A program made the position numbers and the translations under genes. 64,000 nt of DNA from Elephas maximus (lineage: Eukaryota). The stretch is taken from positions 89,204,968 to 89,268,967 of the forward strand of contig NC_064830.1 of the NCBI RefSeq assembly GCF_024166365.1, given 5' to 3'. Under the pieces are notes generated by a model. The model made no database searches, had not been told where the DNA came from, and saw only the letters and a list, made by a program, of their open reading frames with translations. Below are positions 35,675 through 48,829 of this stretch, in pieces. Position 1 is the first letter of the stretch. The number at the start of each line of letters is the position of its first letter.

Positions 35675-35904
35675 CAAGGTGAGTAGTTTGGTGAGCACAA
35701 GGCCTTCATGACTCCAAACCCGGATACACTCGCCAGCCATCCTAGGGCTCAGAGTGGCATTCCCTGCTCCCACCTCTGGGCAGGATATGGGTGGCTGGCT
35801 GGAGGGCAGGATGCCTGGGGCAGCACTAAAATACAGGCAGGTTCCTGGAGTCCTTCCTGAGGTCACCCTGGCTGTAATGAGGACCAGCTCTCTTGCAAAA
35901 GAAC
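35675..35904 (-). CDS. TMEM219: TMEM219 coding exon 3 (G SFARELVLITARVTSGRTPGTCLYFSAAPGILPSSQPPISCPEVGAGNATLSPRMAGECIRVWSHEGLVLTKLLTL)
   Basis: ORF 35591..35866, extended upstream to the acceptor tcacag; donor gtaaga. Confidence 0.8.
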
Positions 35905-36299
35905 CTGTGAGAGGCCCAGGAGAGAAAATGAAAGAAATGAGAGGTGGGGTGCAAGCAATACAGCTTCAGATTTCTGTTTGTTTCCAGGAATTCCAACAAT
36001 ACCAGGTATTTTGGCATTGATTCTATTCAAGAAAGTACTCCAGATACCGTTAATTGACATTGTCAAGAAATGAAAATAACTGTGCTAATTTAAACAAAAA
36101 TTAAATTAGCTCGCAATCAATGAATAAGAATACCAATACTCCCAAGGTTGCAGTGAAACTGGGGCAGATACACTTTGCCAATGGCAGTCTGTATAAACTT
36201 TTTTCCTTTTTAGGAAAGCAGTTTTCCACTAGGTACCAAAAATCACAAAAAAAATTCACACTCCATTTCAAATGAGTGGGTAAATGATGGCCTGTTCAG

Positions 36300-39200
36300 T
36301 AAATGGCCTTGGGACAATTTCCATTAAGAAAAAAATTAAGTTAGTCTCTTATCTCAAACTAGAAATGATATAAAGTCCAGGTGGATTAAAGAGCTACAAA
36401 CAAACAATCCAAAAAAAAAAAACCCTAAGCAAGTATTAAAATACAAAGGCATTTATGAAAAACCCATAGCTAACATCATCCTCAATGGAGAAAGGCTGAA
36501 TGCTTTCTCATTAAGATCAGGAACAAGACAAGTGCTCACTCATACCACTGCTATTCAGTATCAGTCTTAAAGTCCTAGCCGGCACAACTAGGCTAGAAAA
36601 AATTTAAAAAGGTATCCAAATCAAGGAGGAAGTAAAACTATCCCTTTTTGTAGATGACATGATCTTATACATTGAAAACCCCAAAGAATCCACAATAAAG
36701 TTATTAGAATAAATGAGTACAGCAAGGTGGCACGGTACAAGATCAACACATAAAAATCAGTAGGATTTCCATATATCAGGAATGCGCAAGCATAAAAGCA
36801 AATTAAGGAAACATTATCATTTACAATAGCATCTAAAAGAATAGGAAACCTAGGAATAAATTTAACCAGGAAGGTGAAAGATTTATACACAGAAAACTAT
36901 AAAATGTTAATAAAGAAAGAAGTCCTCTAAATAAATGGAAGGACATGCCTGTTCATAGATTGGATTGTGAAATACCACCCAAAGCAATCAATGTAGTCCC
37001 CATCAAAATTCTATAACACTTTTTTTTTTTTTTACAGAAATAGAGAAGCCAATCCTTAAATTTTTATGGAAGGGTAATGAACACTGAATGGCTAAAGCAA
37101 TTTTGAAGAAGATGAATAAAGTAGAAGAACTCACACTTCCCTGATTTCAAAACATACTTTAAGCCATAGTAATTAAAACAGTCTAGTACTGGTATAACAG
37201 ACATATAGACCGATGGAACAGAATCGAGAGTCCAGAAATAAATCCATACATCTATGGTCAATTAATTTTTGACAAGAGCACTAAGTCCATTCAATGGGGA
37301 AGGAAGAATCTTTTCAATAAATGGTGCTGGGAAAATTGGATTTCCACATGCATCAGAATGAATCATGATCCAAGCCTCACACCATGCACAAAAAGAATTC
37401 AAAATGGATCAATGGCCTAAATGTGAAAACTGTTGTTGGGTGCCATTGAGTCAATTCTGACTCATAGTGACCCTGTGTGACAGAACAGAACCACCCCACA
37501 GGGTTTTCTTGGCTGTAATCTTTACAGAAGCAGATTGCCACGTCTTTCTCCCTTGGAGCAGCTGGGTGGGTTTGAACCACCAACCTTTTGGTTAGCAGCT
37601 GAGCACTTAACCATTTGTGCCACCAAGACCCCTTAAATAGGAACATTGAAACCATACAAGCCTTAGAAGAAAATATAGGTGCGTGGATGCAGGGCCTAGA
37701 ATTTTTTTTTTTTTTTAATTGTGCTTTACATGAAAGTTTATAAATCAAGTCAGTCTCTCATACAAAAACTTATACACACCTTGCCATGTACTTCTAGCTG
37801 CTCTACCCCTAATGAGACAGCACATTCCTCCTCTCCACCCTGTATTCCTCATGTCCATTCAACCAGCTCTGTCCCCCTCTGCCTTCTCATCTTGCCTCCG
37901 GACAGGAGTTGACGGGCTTAGTTTTTAATGATGGGTTATCAGATATGACCACAAAAGCACAAGCAGCAAAAGACAAAATAGGTAAATGGGACTTCATAAA
38001 AATCAAATACTTTTGTTCATCAGAGGACTTCATCAAAAAAGTGAAAAGACAACCTACAGATTAGGAGAAAACTTCCAGGAACCATGTATCTGATAAGGGT
38101 CTAATATCCAACATATATATTTAAAAAAACAAAACTACAAATTAACAACAAACAACCCAATTGAAAAATGGACAAAGGACTTGGACAGTTCACCAAAGAG
38201 GACATTCGAATGGCCAACAAGCACATGAAAAGATGCTTAACATCATTAGCCATTAGGGAGATGCAAATCAAAACCAAATGAGATACTGTCTCACCCCCAT
38301 TAGAATGGCAATGATCAAAACAACAGAGAACAAGTATTGGTGAGGTTGTGGAGAAAGTGAAATCCTCATCCATTGCTGCTGGGAATGTAAAAAGGTGCTG
38401 CAGGTATGGAAAATGGTTTGGCAGTTCCTCAAAAAGTTGAATATGACCATATGACCAGCAATCTGAAGCCCAGGTACATACCCAGAAGAAGTGAAAGCAG
38501 GACTGCAAACAGAAACCTGTACACCAATGTTCACTGCAGTACTTCTCACAACAGCCAAAAGGTGGAAACGGGTGGATTAAACAGCAAGCACCGCATATAT
38601 GTGGGCTTGCGTTGTGAAACCCAGGTGAAACTGTGCACTACAGATTAGTAAGTAAACACAGTGAAGCCCTGTATACCTAGATGTGGAGCCCCTGGTGGCG
38701 CAGTAGTTAAGAGTTCAGGCTACTAACCAAAAGGTCATCAGTTCAAATCCACTGGTCACTCCTTGGAAACCCTATGGGGCAGTTCTACTCTGTCCTATAG
38801 GGTCATTAAGAGTTGGAATTGACTCAATGGGTTTGGTTTGGTTTATACCTAGATGTGGTGAAACCCAGGTGAAATTGTGCACTACAGATTAGAAAGCAAA
38901 CAAAATTAATCCCATGTGCACCTTGCTTATTGGGTAATCAGTACCTGGGTGGAAACAAAAGAAACGTCCATTGACAGATGAACGACTAAACAAAATGTGC
39001 TATGTACACACGATGGAATACTACTCAGCCATAAAGAGAAATCATGTCCTGATATAGCCACTACATGAATGAACGTTGTAAACACGCTGGGTGAAATTCA
39101 TCAGCTGCAAAAGGACAAATATATTGTAATGTCTCACTTACATGAAATAAACAAATATATGGAAACCAAAGCTTATCAGTGGTTATCAGAGTGGGAGTGA

Positions 39201-39400
39201 GGAGGAAAAGGGGAGCTTTTACTTAGGCGGCATAAAGTTTATGTTAATGGTGGTGAACAATTGGGAAAAGGATATCGAGAATGGCTACACAACTTAAAGA
39301 ACGTAATCAACGTCACTGAATTGTACGTGTAGAAACTGTTGAGATGGCGTATGTTCTGTTATATATATTTTCCCCATAATAAAATTGAAAAATACATAAG
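36300..39400 (+). mobile_element. L1 (LINE-1) 3' portion(s), ORF2 C-terminal region, in a TMEM219 intron. They are interrupted by AfroSINEs at 37437-37632 (-) and 38686-38847 (+).
   Basis: L1 ORF2-like reading frames with stops, typical of a decayed LINE. Confidence 0.6.
38686..38847 (+). mobile_element. AfroSINE inserted into L1 with a 15-bp target-site duplication, tatacctagatgtgg (38671-38685 and 38848-38862)
   Basis: Identical 15-mers directly abut both SINE ends. Confidence 0.8.
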
Positions 39401-39660
39401 AATACTTTTGTCATTTTAGGATAAGGCTGGCCTTCCTAAGAAAGACACAAAAGCTAAAAGCCTTAATAAAGGACAAAATTGATAAATCTGACTTCATAAA
39501 AGTGGCAAGTTTCTACACGATAAAAGAGAAGTTAAAAGAACAAGTAATAGATTGGCTGAAAATATATTCAACTGACAAAAGGTTTACTACCCAGAATGTA
39601 CGAAGACCTTCTAAAAATGAAGAAGAAAGACAAAAGAAAAATGAGCAGAGGCTGAAGACT

Positions 39661-40865
39661 AAAAACCAAATCCATTGCTACCAAGTCGATTTCAGAGTAG
39701 AACTGCCCCACTGAGTTTCCAAGGCTATAAATCTTTATGGAAGCAGACGCCCACATCTTTCTACCTCAAACCGCCAACCTTTCGGTTACCAACCAAGCAA
39801 TTAACCACTGCAGCACCAGTGCACCTCAAGGACAGTCTATGTGAAAATGGCCAAAACCTCTAAGATGCTTACTAGCAATTAGCATTAGCAACCAGAAGTC
39901 AATTAAAATAATGTAATTCCTTTATCCAATAAACTGGTAAAAATTAAAAAGACAGATAATAACAACAGTTGTTGAAGATGGGGGGAGATAGGCACTCTCA
40001 GCTGATGACACCTTTTAGAAGACAATTTGGCTGTATCTGTTGCAATTTAAATGGGCGCACAAAGGGATTAAGAGGATGCCCACCAAACCGTGGGCAGGTA
40101 CTTCTGGAAGGAGGGAAGGAGGCCTCTTTACGTTTACTCTGGATACTTCCGTATGGTCTGAATCCACAATAAAATGAATTTGTGTATTAAAAACGGCCCA
40201 TACCCCTTTACCCAATAATACCACTTGTAGAAATTTAATCCTAAGGAAAGAATTCAAAGAAAAATGTAAACTGTACCAAGATGTTCACTGTGATTATTCT
40301 ACCAATTAAAAAAACAAAAAAAACCAAACCCGTTGCTGTTGAGTCGATTCTGACTCACGGCAACCCTAAAGGACAGAGCAGAACTGCCCCATAGGGTTTC
40401 CAAGGAGCACCTGGTGGATTCGAACTGCCAACCTTTTGGTTGGCAGCCGTAGCTCTTACCCACTATGCCACCAGGGTTTCCAATTCTAGCAATAATACCA
40501 AAAAATAAGAGACAATTGAGATGTTTAGTAACAGAGAAAGCATTAACAAATGACGACCTAGCCACTTAAGGAACTAATTTACAGCCATTAAAATGATAAT
40601 ATGGAAGCAGTCATATGGAAAAACACGATATTATAACTAAAAAACATAAATACGAATGGGCATATGCACCATTATTCCTTGTTGCCTGTTGAGAGAATTC
40701 CGACTCATAGTGACCCTATAGGACAGAGGAGAACTGCGCTATAGGGTTTCCAAGACTGTGATCTTTACAGAAACAGAATGCCACATCTTTGAGCGGGTGG
40801 TGGGTTCAAATCACTCACCTTTTGGTTAGCAGTCCAGCGCTTTAACCACTGTGCCACTTGCAGCA
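39661..40865 (-). mobile_element. Three AfroSINE copies (39661-39835, 40315-40490, 40672-40865), all minus orientation
   Basis: Conserved AfroSINE core in each copy. Confidence 0.75.
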
Positions 40866-42099
40866 TTATTACAACTCTGAAAAACGCGCATGTAAAATTC
40901 TATAAGAGAACTTCTCTCCTTTCTCCTACATTCTCAGATGGAATCAGTCACCAAATCCTGTCAATCCCACTTTTCTAATGTCTGTCTCAAATCGGTTCCC
41001 TTCTTTCACACCACTGCCTTAGCTCAGGTTCTCAGCTACTACAGCTAACTGGTCTTTACTGCAACTGCTCTGGCTAACTGGTCTTCCTGCACCTGGACAC
41101 ATTCCCTCCAGGAAGTTGGCCAACAGAGTGATCTTTTAAAACGACCAAATAAACAAAACAAAATACCATTATTACTTTCCTGATTAAAATCTTTGAGTCT
41201 CCCCAGTATACAAGATAAAGCACAGCTACCTTGGCACAGCACACAAGGCTTATTCTGCCCGTTGCTTCACACCCATCTCCTGACAAACAGAACCCGTGGA
41301 GGTTCCTAAACATGCTGTCATAGCTCCCATCTCCATGCCTTTGCACATGCTTTTCCCTCTGGCTGGAATGGCAAACTCCTAAGCCTCCTTCAGGCCTCAA
41401 ATCAGGCACTGTATCCTCAGTAAAGCCTGTCCTCACCATTCCTGCTTTATGGACTTCTAGGAACCGCCCCCCCACCCCGCCCACTGTATCTTGTGTTTTA
41501 CTTCACACACTGAGAAGTATTTACTTCTATTCACACCTGTATCCTTGGTAGACTGTGAGCAACTTGAGGGGAGGGTCCATGTCTTACAGATCTCTGTATT
41601 CTGCATGCCTGATACATACAGTCAACCCTTGGTATCCACGGGGGGTTGGTTCCAGGACCCCCGTGGATACCAAAATCTGCGGATGCTCAAGTCCCTTATA
41701 TAAAATGGCATAGTATTTGCATGTAACCTACACACATCCTCCCATATATTTTAAATCATCTACAGATTACTTATAATACCTAATACAATGTAAATGCTAT
41801 GTAAACAGTTGTTATACTATATCATTTAGGGATTCACGACAAGAAACGAAAGTAGACGCAACCATCATGGCCCTAACTACATAGTACATGTCAGCAACAA
41901 AGTAACTTCTTTTTCCCCAATATTTTCCACCCACAGTTGGTTGAATCTGAGCATGTGGAACCTGAGAGTAAAAGGGCCGACTGTAGTAAGTGCTCAATAA
42001 TCATTGCTTGGATGATACAATCATAGGTAATTTATTTTCTCCAAAATACTCTCTGGTGTTATGACACTGTTTCAGACTGTTATAAAAAGAACGGGGCTT

Positions 42100-43490
42100 C
42101 TTTGCAGAAATTGAGAAACTATTCCGAAAATTCATATGGAAATTCAAGGGACCAGGAATAACCAAAAGCAACTTGAAAAAGAACAAAGTTAGAGGATTCA
42201 CATTTCCTGATTCCAAAACTTACTACAAAATTACAGTAATCAAGGTAGTGTGGTACTGGCATAAGGACGGACAAACAGATCAATGGAAAAGAACTGAGAG
42301 TCCAGAAACAAATGCTTGTATTTATGGTCAACTGATTTTCAACAAGGGTGCCAAAGCAATTCAATGGGGAAAGAATAGCCTTTCCAACAAATATTGCTGG
42401 GACAACTGGATACCCACATGCAAATGAATGAAGCTGGACCCCCTCACACCATAAACAAAAGTTAACTGAAAATGGATCAAAGCCCTAAATGTAAGAGTTA
42501 AAACTATAAAACTCTTAGGAAAAAAACACAGGGGTAAATCTCCGTGACCTTGGGTTAGGCAAAACCTCCTTAGCTATGACACCAAAAGCAAAAGCAGCAG
42601 AGAAAAAAACAGACAAATTGGACTTCATTAAAATGAAAAACCAGAAGATGAAAAGACAACCCACAGAATGGGAGAAAATATTTGGAAATCATATCTCTAT
42701 GAGAGACTTATATCCAGAATATATAAAGAAATCTTACAGCTCAACAATAAAAAGACAAAGAACCCAGTTAAAAAATAGGCCAAGGAGCTGAATATATAAT
42801 TCTCCAAAGAAGATACACCAGCAAGTACATGGAAAGATGTTCACCCTCATTAGCCATCAGGGAAATTCAAATCAAAACCATAATGAGATACTTCACACCC
42901 ACTTGCGTGACTAGAATCAAAGAGACGTAAGTGTTGAGGATTTGGAGAAACTGGAATCCTCATTCACTGCTGGGGGGAATGTAAAATGGTGCAGCCACTT
43001 TGCAAAATAACCTGGCAATTCTTCAAAAGGTTAAACATAGAAATGCCATGTGATCCAGTAAGTTCCTCTCCTATGTATATACCCAAGAACGATGAAAACA
43101 CATGTCCACACAAAAAACTTGTACACAAAGGCTCACATCAGCTTTATTCGTAATAGCCCAAAAAAGGAAACTCAACTGTCCATCAACTGATGAATGGATA
43201 AGCAAAATATGGCATATCCATATAACGAAATATTATTCAGCCATAAAAAGAAACAAGGGGCTGATACATGCTACAACATGGATGAATCTTGAAAACATTA
43301 TCCTACATGAAATAAGTTATACAAAAAACAACATAAGATTTCATTTATATAAAATGTCCACAATGGGTAAATCAATAAGGACACAAAGTAGATCAGGGGT
43401 TGCTTAGGGCTAGGGGCTTGGGAGGAAATGGGGAATCACTGCTGGGGTATGGGACTTCTTTTTGGCGTAATGAAAATGCTCTGAAGTGAC
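42100..43490 (+). mobile_element. L1 3' fragment (ORF2 C-terminus)
   Basis: Plus-strand ORFs with the L1 ORF2-tail motif ...YYSAIKRN..., similar to 37930-39400 and 48830-50230. Confidence 0.55.
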
Positions 43491-44227
43491 TGATACATTT
43501 TTTTAAAAAGTAACAGGAACAGTAAAATTGTTCCAAGTCTGTATGTTCACATATGTGTATACCTGGACATGCAGAGACCTACTCCCACACACAAATACAC
43601 ATACCTGACTCATAAGAGAATCACAGAATGACAGAGTCATACAAGGACCTCTAAAGTCTGAGAATTCCACCTTTCCCTCCTCCCTCTTCATCTCCTCGGT
43701 TTTTAGATAAGGAACCTGAGGCCAAATGTTACACAGGAATTAACGGCACCCAATGACTCTTTCACCCATCATTTTCCCAGAAGACTATTTGGAAACGGAT
43801 GGTGTCTAATTTTTTCTGTATCCTCCATAGCAGGCAGCACTGTACTAAGGACATAGTGAATACTCAATAGTTGAACAAAACATACATCTCTGATATTCCT
43901 GGTAGGAAAAAGGCAGCACCTTGAAGAGGAGATGGCTGTAAGAACGAAGAGGGGTAAGAACACTGAGTCAAACCTAGTCTACCTCGTCACACGTCCAAGT
44001 ACAGAATCAAAGAATCTCGGAGCTGGAAGGCGAAAGACAAAGTTTATAGAAAACCTACACTGTGGGCAGTGTGTTCACTGAAAGGGTCTAGTTCTTCTTA
44101 TAGCAGAAGTGACTAAGACCCAGAGATGTGTTCAAGGTCACCAGACTGGTGAGGGTAGAGGGAGGGCTCAGCCTCTACCCTCACTCAGTATTCTGATGCC
44201 CGGCCCCACAATCCTCCCCCATCTCAC

Positions 44228-44417
44228 CTTTCAGTCCCATCTGACTACCCAGGACCTGGGCTTGGAATGTCTGGGTCTTGTTCCTGTCTGGACCATCTCC
44301 GAAGTTCAAGGTGGTTAGTAAGCCCACGACATGAGGCCCATGCCACTTCACTGTGAGTGTGTCATTCGTAGGGCACAGGGTCATCTGGCCAAAAGACCTC
44401 AAGAAGGATACCCAGTC
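44228..44417 (-). CDS. TMEM219: TMEM219 coding exon 2 (DWVSFLRSFGQMTLCPTNDTLTVKWHGPHVVGLLTTLNFGDGPDRNKTQTFQAQVLGSQMGLK)
   Basis: ORF 44181..44402; acceptor cacatag, donor gtgaga. Confidence 0.85.
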
Positions 44418-44505
44418 CTATGTGCAAAGAGAGTGAGAGGGAGGTGAGATCAAATTAGTAGCAAGAGCAGGCCTGCCTTGGGAGGATGGGTAGAAGGATA
44501 CTTAC

Positions 44506-44670
44506 CTGAGGGATGTCAGGGCTGCGAAGACCAGTCTGGTGGGTGAGGAGGAATCTGCCAAGACCAAGGCCCGAGAGACCAAGCAGCAGCAGAATCAAAG
44601 TGGCACAGACCAGGGGTGGGTGGTGGGCCAGACAGAGATGCAGGTTGTGCCCTGCCTGGCAGCTGCCCAT
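44506..44670 (-). CDS. TMEM219: TMEM219 coding exon 1 (ATG at 44670..44668; 55 codons; donor gtaagt). The exon's 5' UTR starts at an acceptor near 44707.
   Basis: ORF 44455..44748. Confidence 0.85.
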
Positions 44671-45399
44671 GGGGAGCAGAGGGTCTTGGGCCTCCACGGA
44701 GAGCCTGCTAGGGACAGAGAGGGAAAACTGGACAAGAGCCTGCTGCACTCATCTATTTTATTAAAAAGGGAATTAAAGTGCAGAGCTGACAAATGGCTTG
44801 CCCAGGGCCACACAGCCAGTTAGTGGCAGAGCCAAGACAATGATCCAAGACTCCTGACTCCACAAGCTCACTCTCTGCATCACTCAATAAATGTGTGCCG
44901 TGTTTCATTTTTCAGAAGCAGGGCAGAACACCCTGTGTAGGCAAAAGGATCTCTAAAAGGAGAATTGTCAGTGGGAAAAATAGGAAGCAGCTGTTTCGGG
45001 GCCAGGGTTTCGCTGAAGAAGCTCCAGGCAGAGTCCAGACAACGGAAGTCAAGGCTGTCTGATTGAAAAAAAAAAAAAGCTCTGCTTGAATCCCTCTGTG
45101 CCACTCATTGGCTATGTGAAACCAAGTCAGCGAAGCTCATGTGAAATGGGAATTCTACGAGTACCACGTCATGAGGATTAAATGTGGCAGACAGAGCAGT
45201 TTGTATGGTACTTGGTCACGCAGGAACTCAACAAATGTCCCTTTCCTTTCTTGTGTCATAGTGATCCCTGGTTAGGCAGGGCAAAATACTGTGGGGAAAC
45301 TGAGGCATAGGGACTTTAACATAGGAGTGGTAAGGCCAAGGTCCGAGACCTGTCTCCTGTATCTAAGTGGAGTACTCTTTCCGCGCTACCATCCTATCC

Positions 45400-46200
45400 C
45401 ACGCAAGAAGCAACAAACTGAAGAAAAAGAACATCTGGGAGGCGAGGAGATAAACAAACGGGGTGGAGGGAGAAGGGCGCCAGGGAAACACCGGAGTCTC
45501 AAATGCTGTGCCTCTGCCCTGCCTCGCGTCCCAGCACGTCCGGAAAGGGGAAAAGGAGGAGCGAGAGCCGGAGCCTGAGGGTCAGGAGCTAGTAGTGCAC
45601 CTGAGCCCCCCCATCCCCACCCCAAGACCCCTTCTTGCAGGAACTCCAGCCCCGCAGCCCTTGCCCGCTGGCGGCGCGGTGCCCGCCCGCCGGCCGCTCG
45701 CTCTCACCGCTCGGAGCCCGGCGGAGGCCGGCGCCCCCCGCAACGTCACGCGTGGAGCCGCGCAGGGGCGGGATCGGTGCTCCGCGCTTCCCTCTCCCGC
45801 CCGCCCTGCCCCGCCCCGCGCTGGGGGTTCGCATGCGCAGTGCCCACGCGGCGGCCTCCCGGCCTCCCCAAGTCCGGGGTTGGGGGGCGCGTACCAAGAG
45901 GGACGCCAACAAAGCGGCCGAGGGGAAGGAATGACTGCGCGGGAGGTGAGTGGAAGGGAGACAGCCAAGGGAGCGGATTCTAAAAACCGTTGTCGAACCA
46001 TAAACTCTCCCTCCGGAGAGACCGAGGGGGCGTTTCAGCGACACCCTCGTCGCAAGCATTTTTCTGCTGCTCGTCCCTCACCCGCACCAATAGCACAGCC
46101 CAGCCGTGCTCGGGTTCCGGGTAAGGACTTGGGGTCCGCCCGCAGGCGGAGCGCCAGCCCTCGGTTTCTTGTTTTTCCCCGGGTGTAGCTCAATAATGCT
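45400..46200. promoter_or_regulatory. TMEM219: CpG island ~0.7-1.5 kb upstream of the TMEM219 ATG exon; probable TMEM219 promoter and non-coding exon 1
   Basis: Extreme GC and CpG density. A consensus plus-strand donor GAG|GTGAGT lies at about 45945-45953. Confidence 0.5.
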
Positions 46201-47342
46201 TAAAATCCACCCTGCCGCTTGGCCCCGACTGTCTAATACGTAGAATCCTACAACTGCAAGGCTGCTCAGTACGGACCATTTCATTTCACTTCCGTCTGCG
46301 CGTTGGAGATGACACCCAGGTCCGTGTGATAGAGTCAGGAGCCCTGGGTTCAAATCTTGCCTTGGTCCCTGTCCCTAGATAAGCCAAAACCATGCTTTCC
46401 AAGAGACTCAGTTTACCCCTCTGTTAAACGAGATCATCATATCCACTTCATAGTTGAATGGCAAGGGGTGGGAAAACACGGGCGCAGTGTGCATTGAGCT
46501 GGTTGAACAAATGCTGGTTGAAATGGAATCTGAATAGTCAACTCTTCTTGAAGGCAGTGACATTGTCATTCTGTACCTACCCCCTCCCCCCCCGAAAGTT
46601 TATGGCACAGTCTTCTACAGGACAGTGGGTACTTTATAAATACCATTGATTGATTTAATTGGAATTCCAAGCATAGGAACGGTTTTATTCTTAAAAGTGG
46701 GGGCGGGGGGAAGAGGCATGGCTGGTAGAGAATCTCAGAATCTAATAATTGGAACACACTTAATAATTGGACGAGTTCAACAGTCCCCTCCCTTCATTTT
46801 CAGGTGCTAAACTGAGGTCTAGAATGGTTAAGGGATTTGCCCAGAGTCATCCAGGCAGCTAAGATGTAGCCAAAACTTGAGCCCAAGTTTCCAGAGTCCA
46901 GTCCCTTTTCCGCTAAACCCTCCATCCTCAGTGCTGCCAAGATCCCTCACCTGACCATCTACAAAGTCTCTGCCCATCAGATGCTGCCTCTTGGGAAGTC
47001 GCTCCTTCACTACAGGGCCTCACACAGCTCACCTGGGCCAGGTCTTTCCCTAGTTTTAGTCTGATCTCCCCAGCAAGCACTTCAGCTCCGGAGTAGTATG
47101 TTCTCACCATCCCCAGGGCTTCTGACAGTTTGAACACGCAGGAACCACTCAATCAAGATTTGTTGGTCAATTAATTAAAAACAGCTTTGTACAGGCCCGC
47201 TCTCCTGAGGACCCACCAACTATTAGTCCCATGTTAAGATTAGGAGTATACCTGTCCATGCTTGAACATTGGTGACGTTGAGGTTGCAACCCAAAACAAA
47301 GTCTATTCAGTTAACATTCTTTTTTCTTTTTTTAGTGCCTAC

Positions 47343-47535
47343 GTGGTCCTGGTGGGAATCCTGGGGTAGTACAAATGTTTAAGCACTTGGCTAATAATCA
47401 AAAGGTTGGCAGTCCTGCCCTTTCACAGGTGCCTCGAAAGAGAAGGCTGGCAATCTGCTACCAAAAGCCTGGAAAACCTTATGGAGCATAGTTCTATTCT
47501 GCACACATGGGATCACCGTGAGCCAAAATTGACTT
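47343..47535 (+). mobile_element. AfroSINE-family tRNA-derived SINE
   Basis: cctggtgggaatcctggggtagtacaaatgtttaagcacttggctaataatcaaaaggttggcagt... Confidence 0.65.
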
Positions 47536-48829
47536 GACATCTTTTTTTTTTTTTTATGATTCAGGTACAAAGTTAATATCCACATAGCAAAAATTTGTCA
47601 GTGCCTCTACTTAATAACAAGTCTGATGTGTAAGACCTGGCATGAAAGTGTCCTGTGCAGTGCAGGTCCACAATGGAGTTCGATAAATGTGAGTTTTGTC
47701 CCATTATTCTTGTGCTGCAGAGTAATTAGGCATATTTGCAAAGCAGTTCTCGTGAATGACTGTATTTGATATTTATTTATACAGCCAAACCAAGCAATTC
47801 TGTGGACTAGTAAAGGCAAACAGTTTAGAGCAAGGAGCGACTCGAGGCCTGACAATCAGGCTAAATGGATATGAATAAATGTCTTACATAGAAAAAAAGG
47901 GGAATGGGGAGAGTGGGAGAGGAAACAAAATTGGTTGTGCACTATAATCAATGCTCCAGCCTTATACCAACATTCTGACTTAGTCCGCTCAGCAACCCTC
48001 AAAGTGGATGTTGTTGTGGAAACCTGGGCCTAGACTGCTGAAGTAATTAGGCAAGGCCACACCAATAGTAGGTGGCAGAAGTTGGCTTAGGATTCAGGCC
48101 TGGATACAGCCTATCGTGTGAAAATCAAGCAGGTTCACTGAGAAGAGAATCACGCAGTTGGGAGGGGTCCATGGTGACAAATTCCTCTCAGACTTTTGGC
48201 CCAGGATCAGGCTTCTCCCAGTGATCTGTTCCATTTTCTCCTTCTAGGTTATTGAGCCTTAAAACTTCTTGGGGTTATAGACCCCTTGGGAATCTGATGG
48301 AAGCTTTTCATTCCACTACTCAGGCATTGATTCAATAAGCATTCATTTTACATCTCCTTGGTGCCAGGCTCTGTTCTGCAGATGGGGGCTACAATGGTAG
48401 ACAAATTATATAGGATCCCTGTCCTTCTGGAGCTACAATCTGGCTATGGACCCTCTTCCTAAAAAACTGCACGTTCAGCTAAATGTTACATGCAATTTCA
48501 ATCACTGGGACCTGAATCCTCTGCGAGCCCACCCTTGGACAAGAAGCACTGGCTGTTTAATGGGATTCCCTCTGTCCTAGTTGGAGCCAGTTTTGTGTTC
48601 TGTTTCACATAAAAACTTATTGATAAAATTGTTTCTTCCTTCCCCTTTTGCTACTTGGTTTTTATCCTATGTTATGCATCCATTCAGTCAACCAATTCAT
48701 TCATTCAACAAACATTTCAACACTTGCTAAATGCCAGGCCCCTGGTTAGGTGCTGAGGGAAGCCCCATTTCTTAGCACTGAAAAGCTTTAATGAAAGAGA
48801 CAGATACAAAAGAAATTTTGATACACCCT

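Larger units (their letters stand above)
33025..44707 (-). other. TMEM219: TMEM219 gene, 4 coding exons, 240 codons in total
   Basis: Spliced translation gives MGSCQAGHNLHLCLAHHPPLVCATLILLLLGLSGLGLGRFLLTHQTGLRSPDIPQ|DWVSFLRSFGQMTLCPTNDTLTVKWHGPHVVGLLTTLNFGDGPDRNKTQTFQAQVLGSQMGLKG|SFARELVLITARV...SHEGLVLTKLLTL|EELALCGSRLLVLGSFLLLFCGLLCCVTAMCFHPRRESHWSRTRL, the same length and near-identical to the recalled human TMEM219. Confidence 0.85.

Noticed and set aside
45463-46188. 241-aa plus-strand ORF, with minus-strand ORFs 45582..46059
   Set aside because: CpG-island composition artefact (R/P/A/G-rich). The ORFs overlap on both strands and show no recognisable domain.
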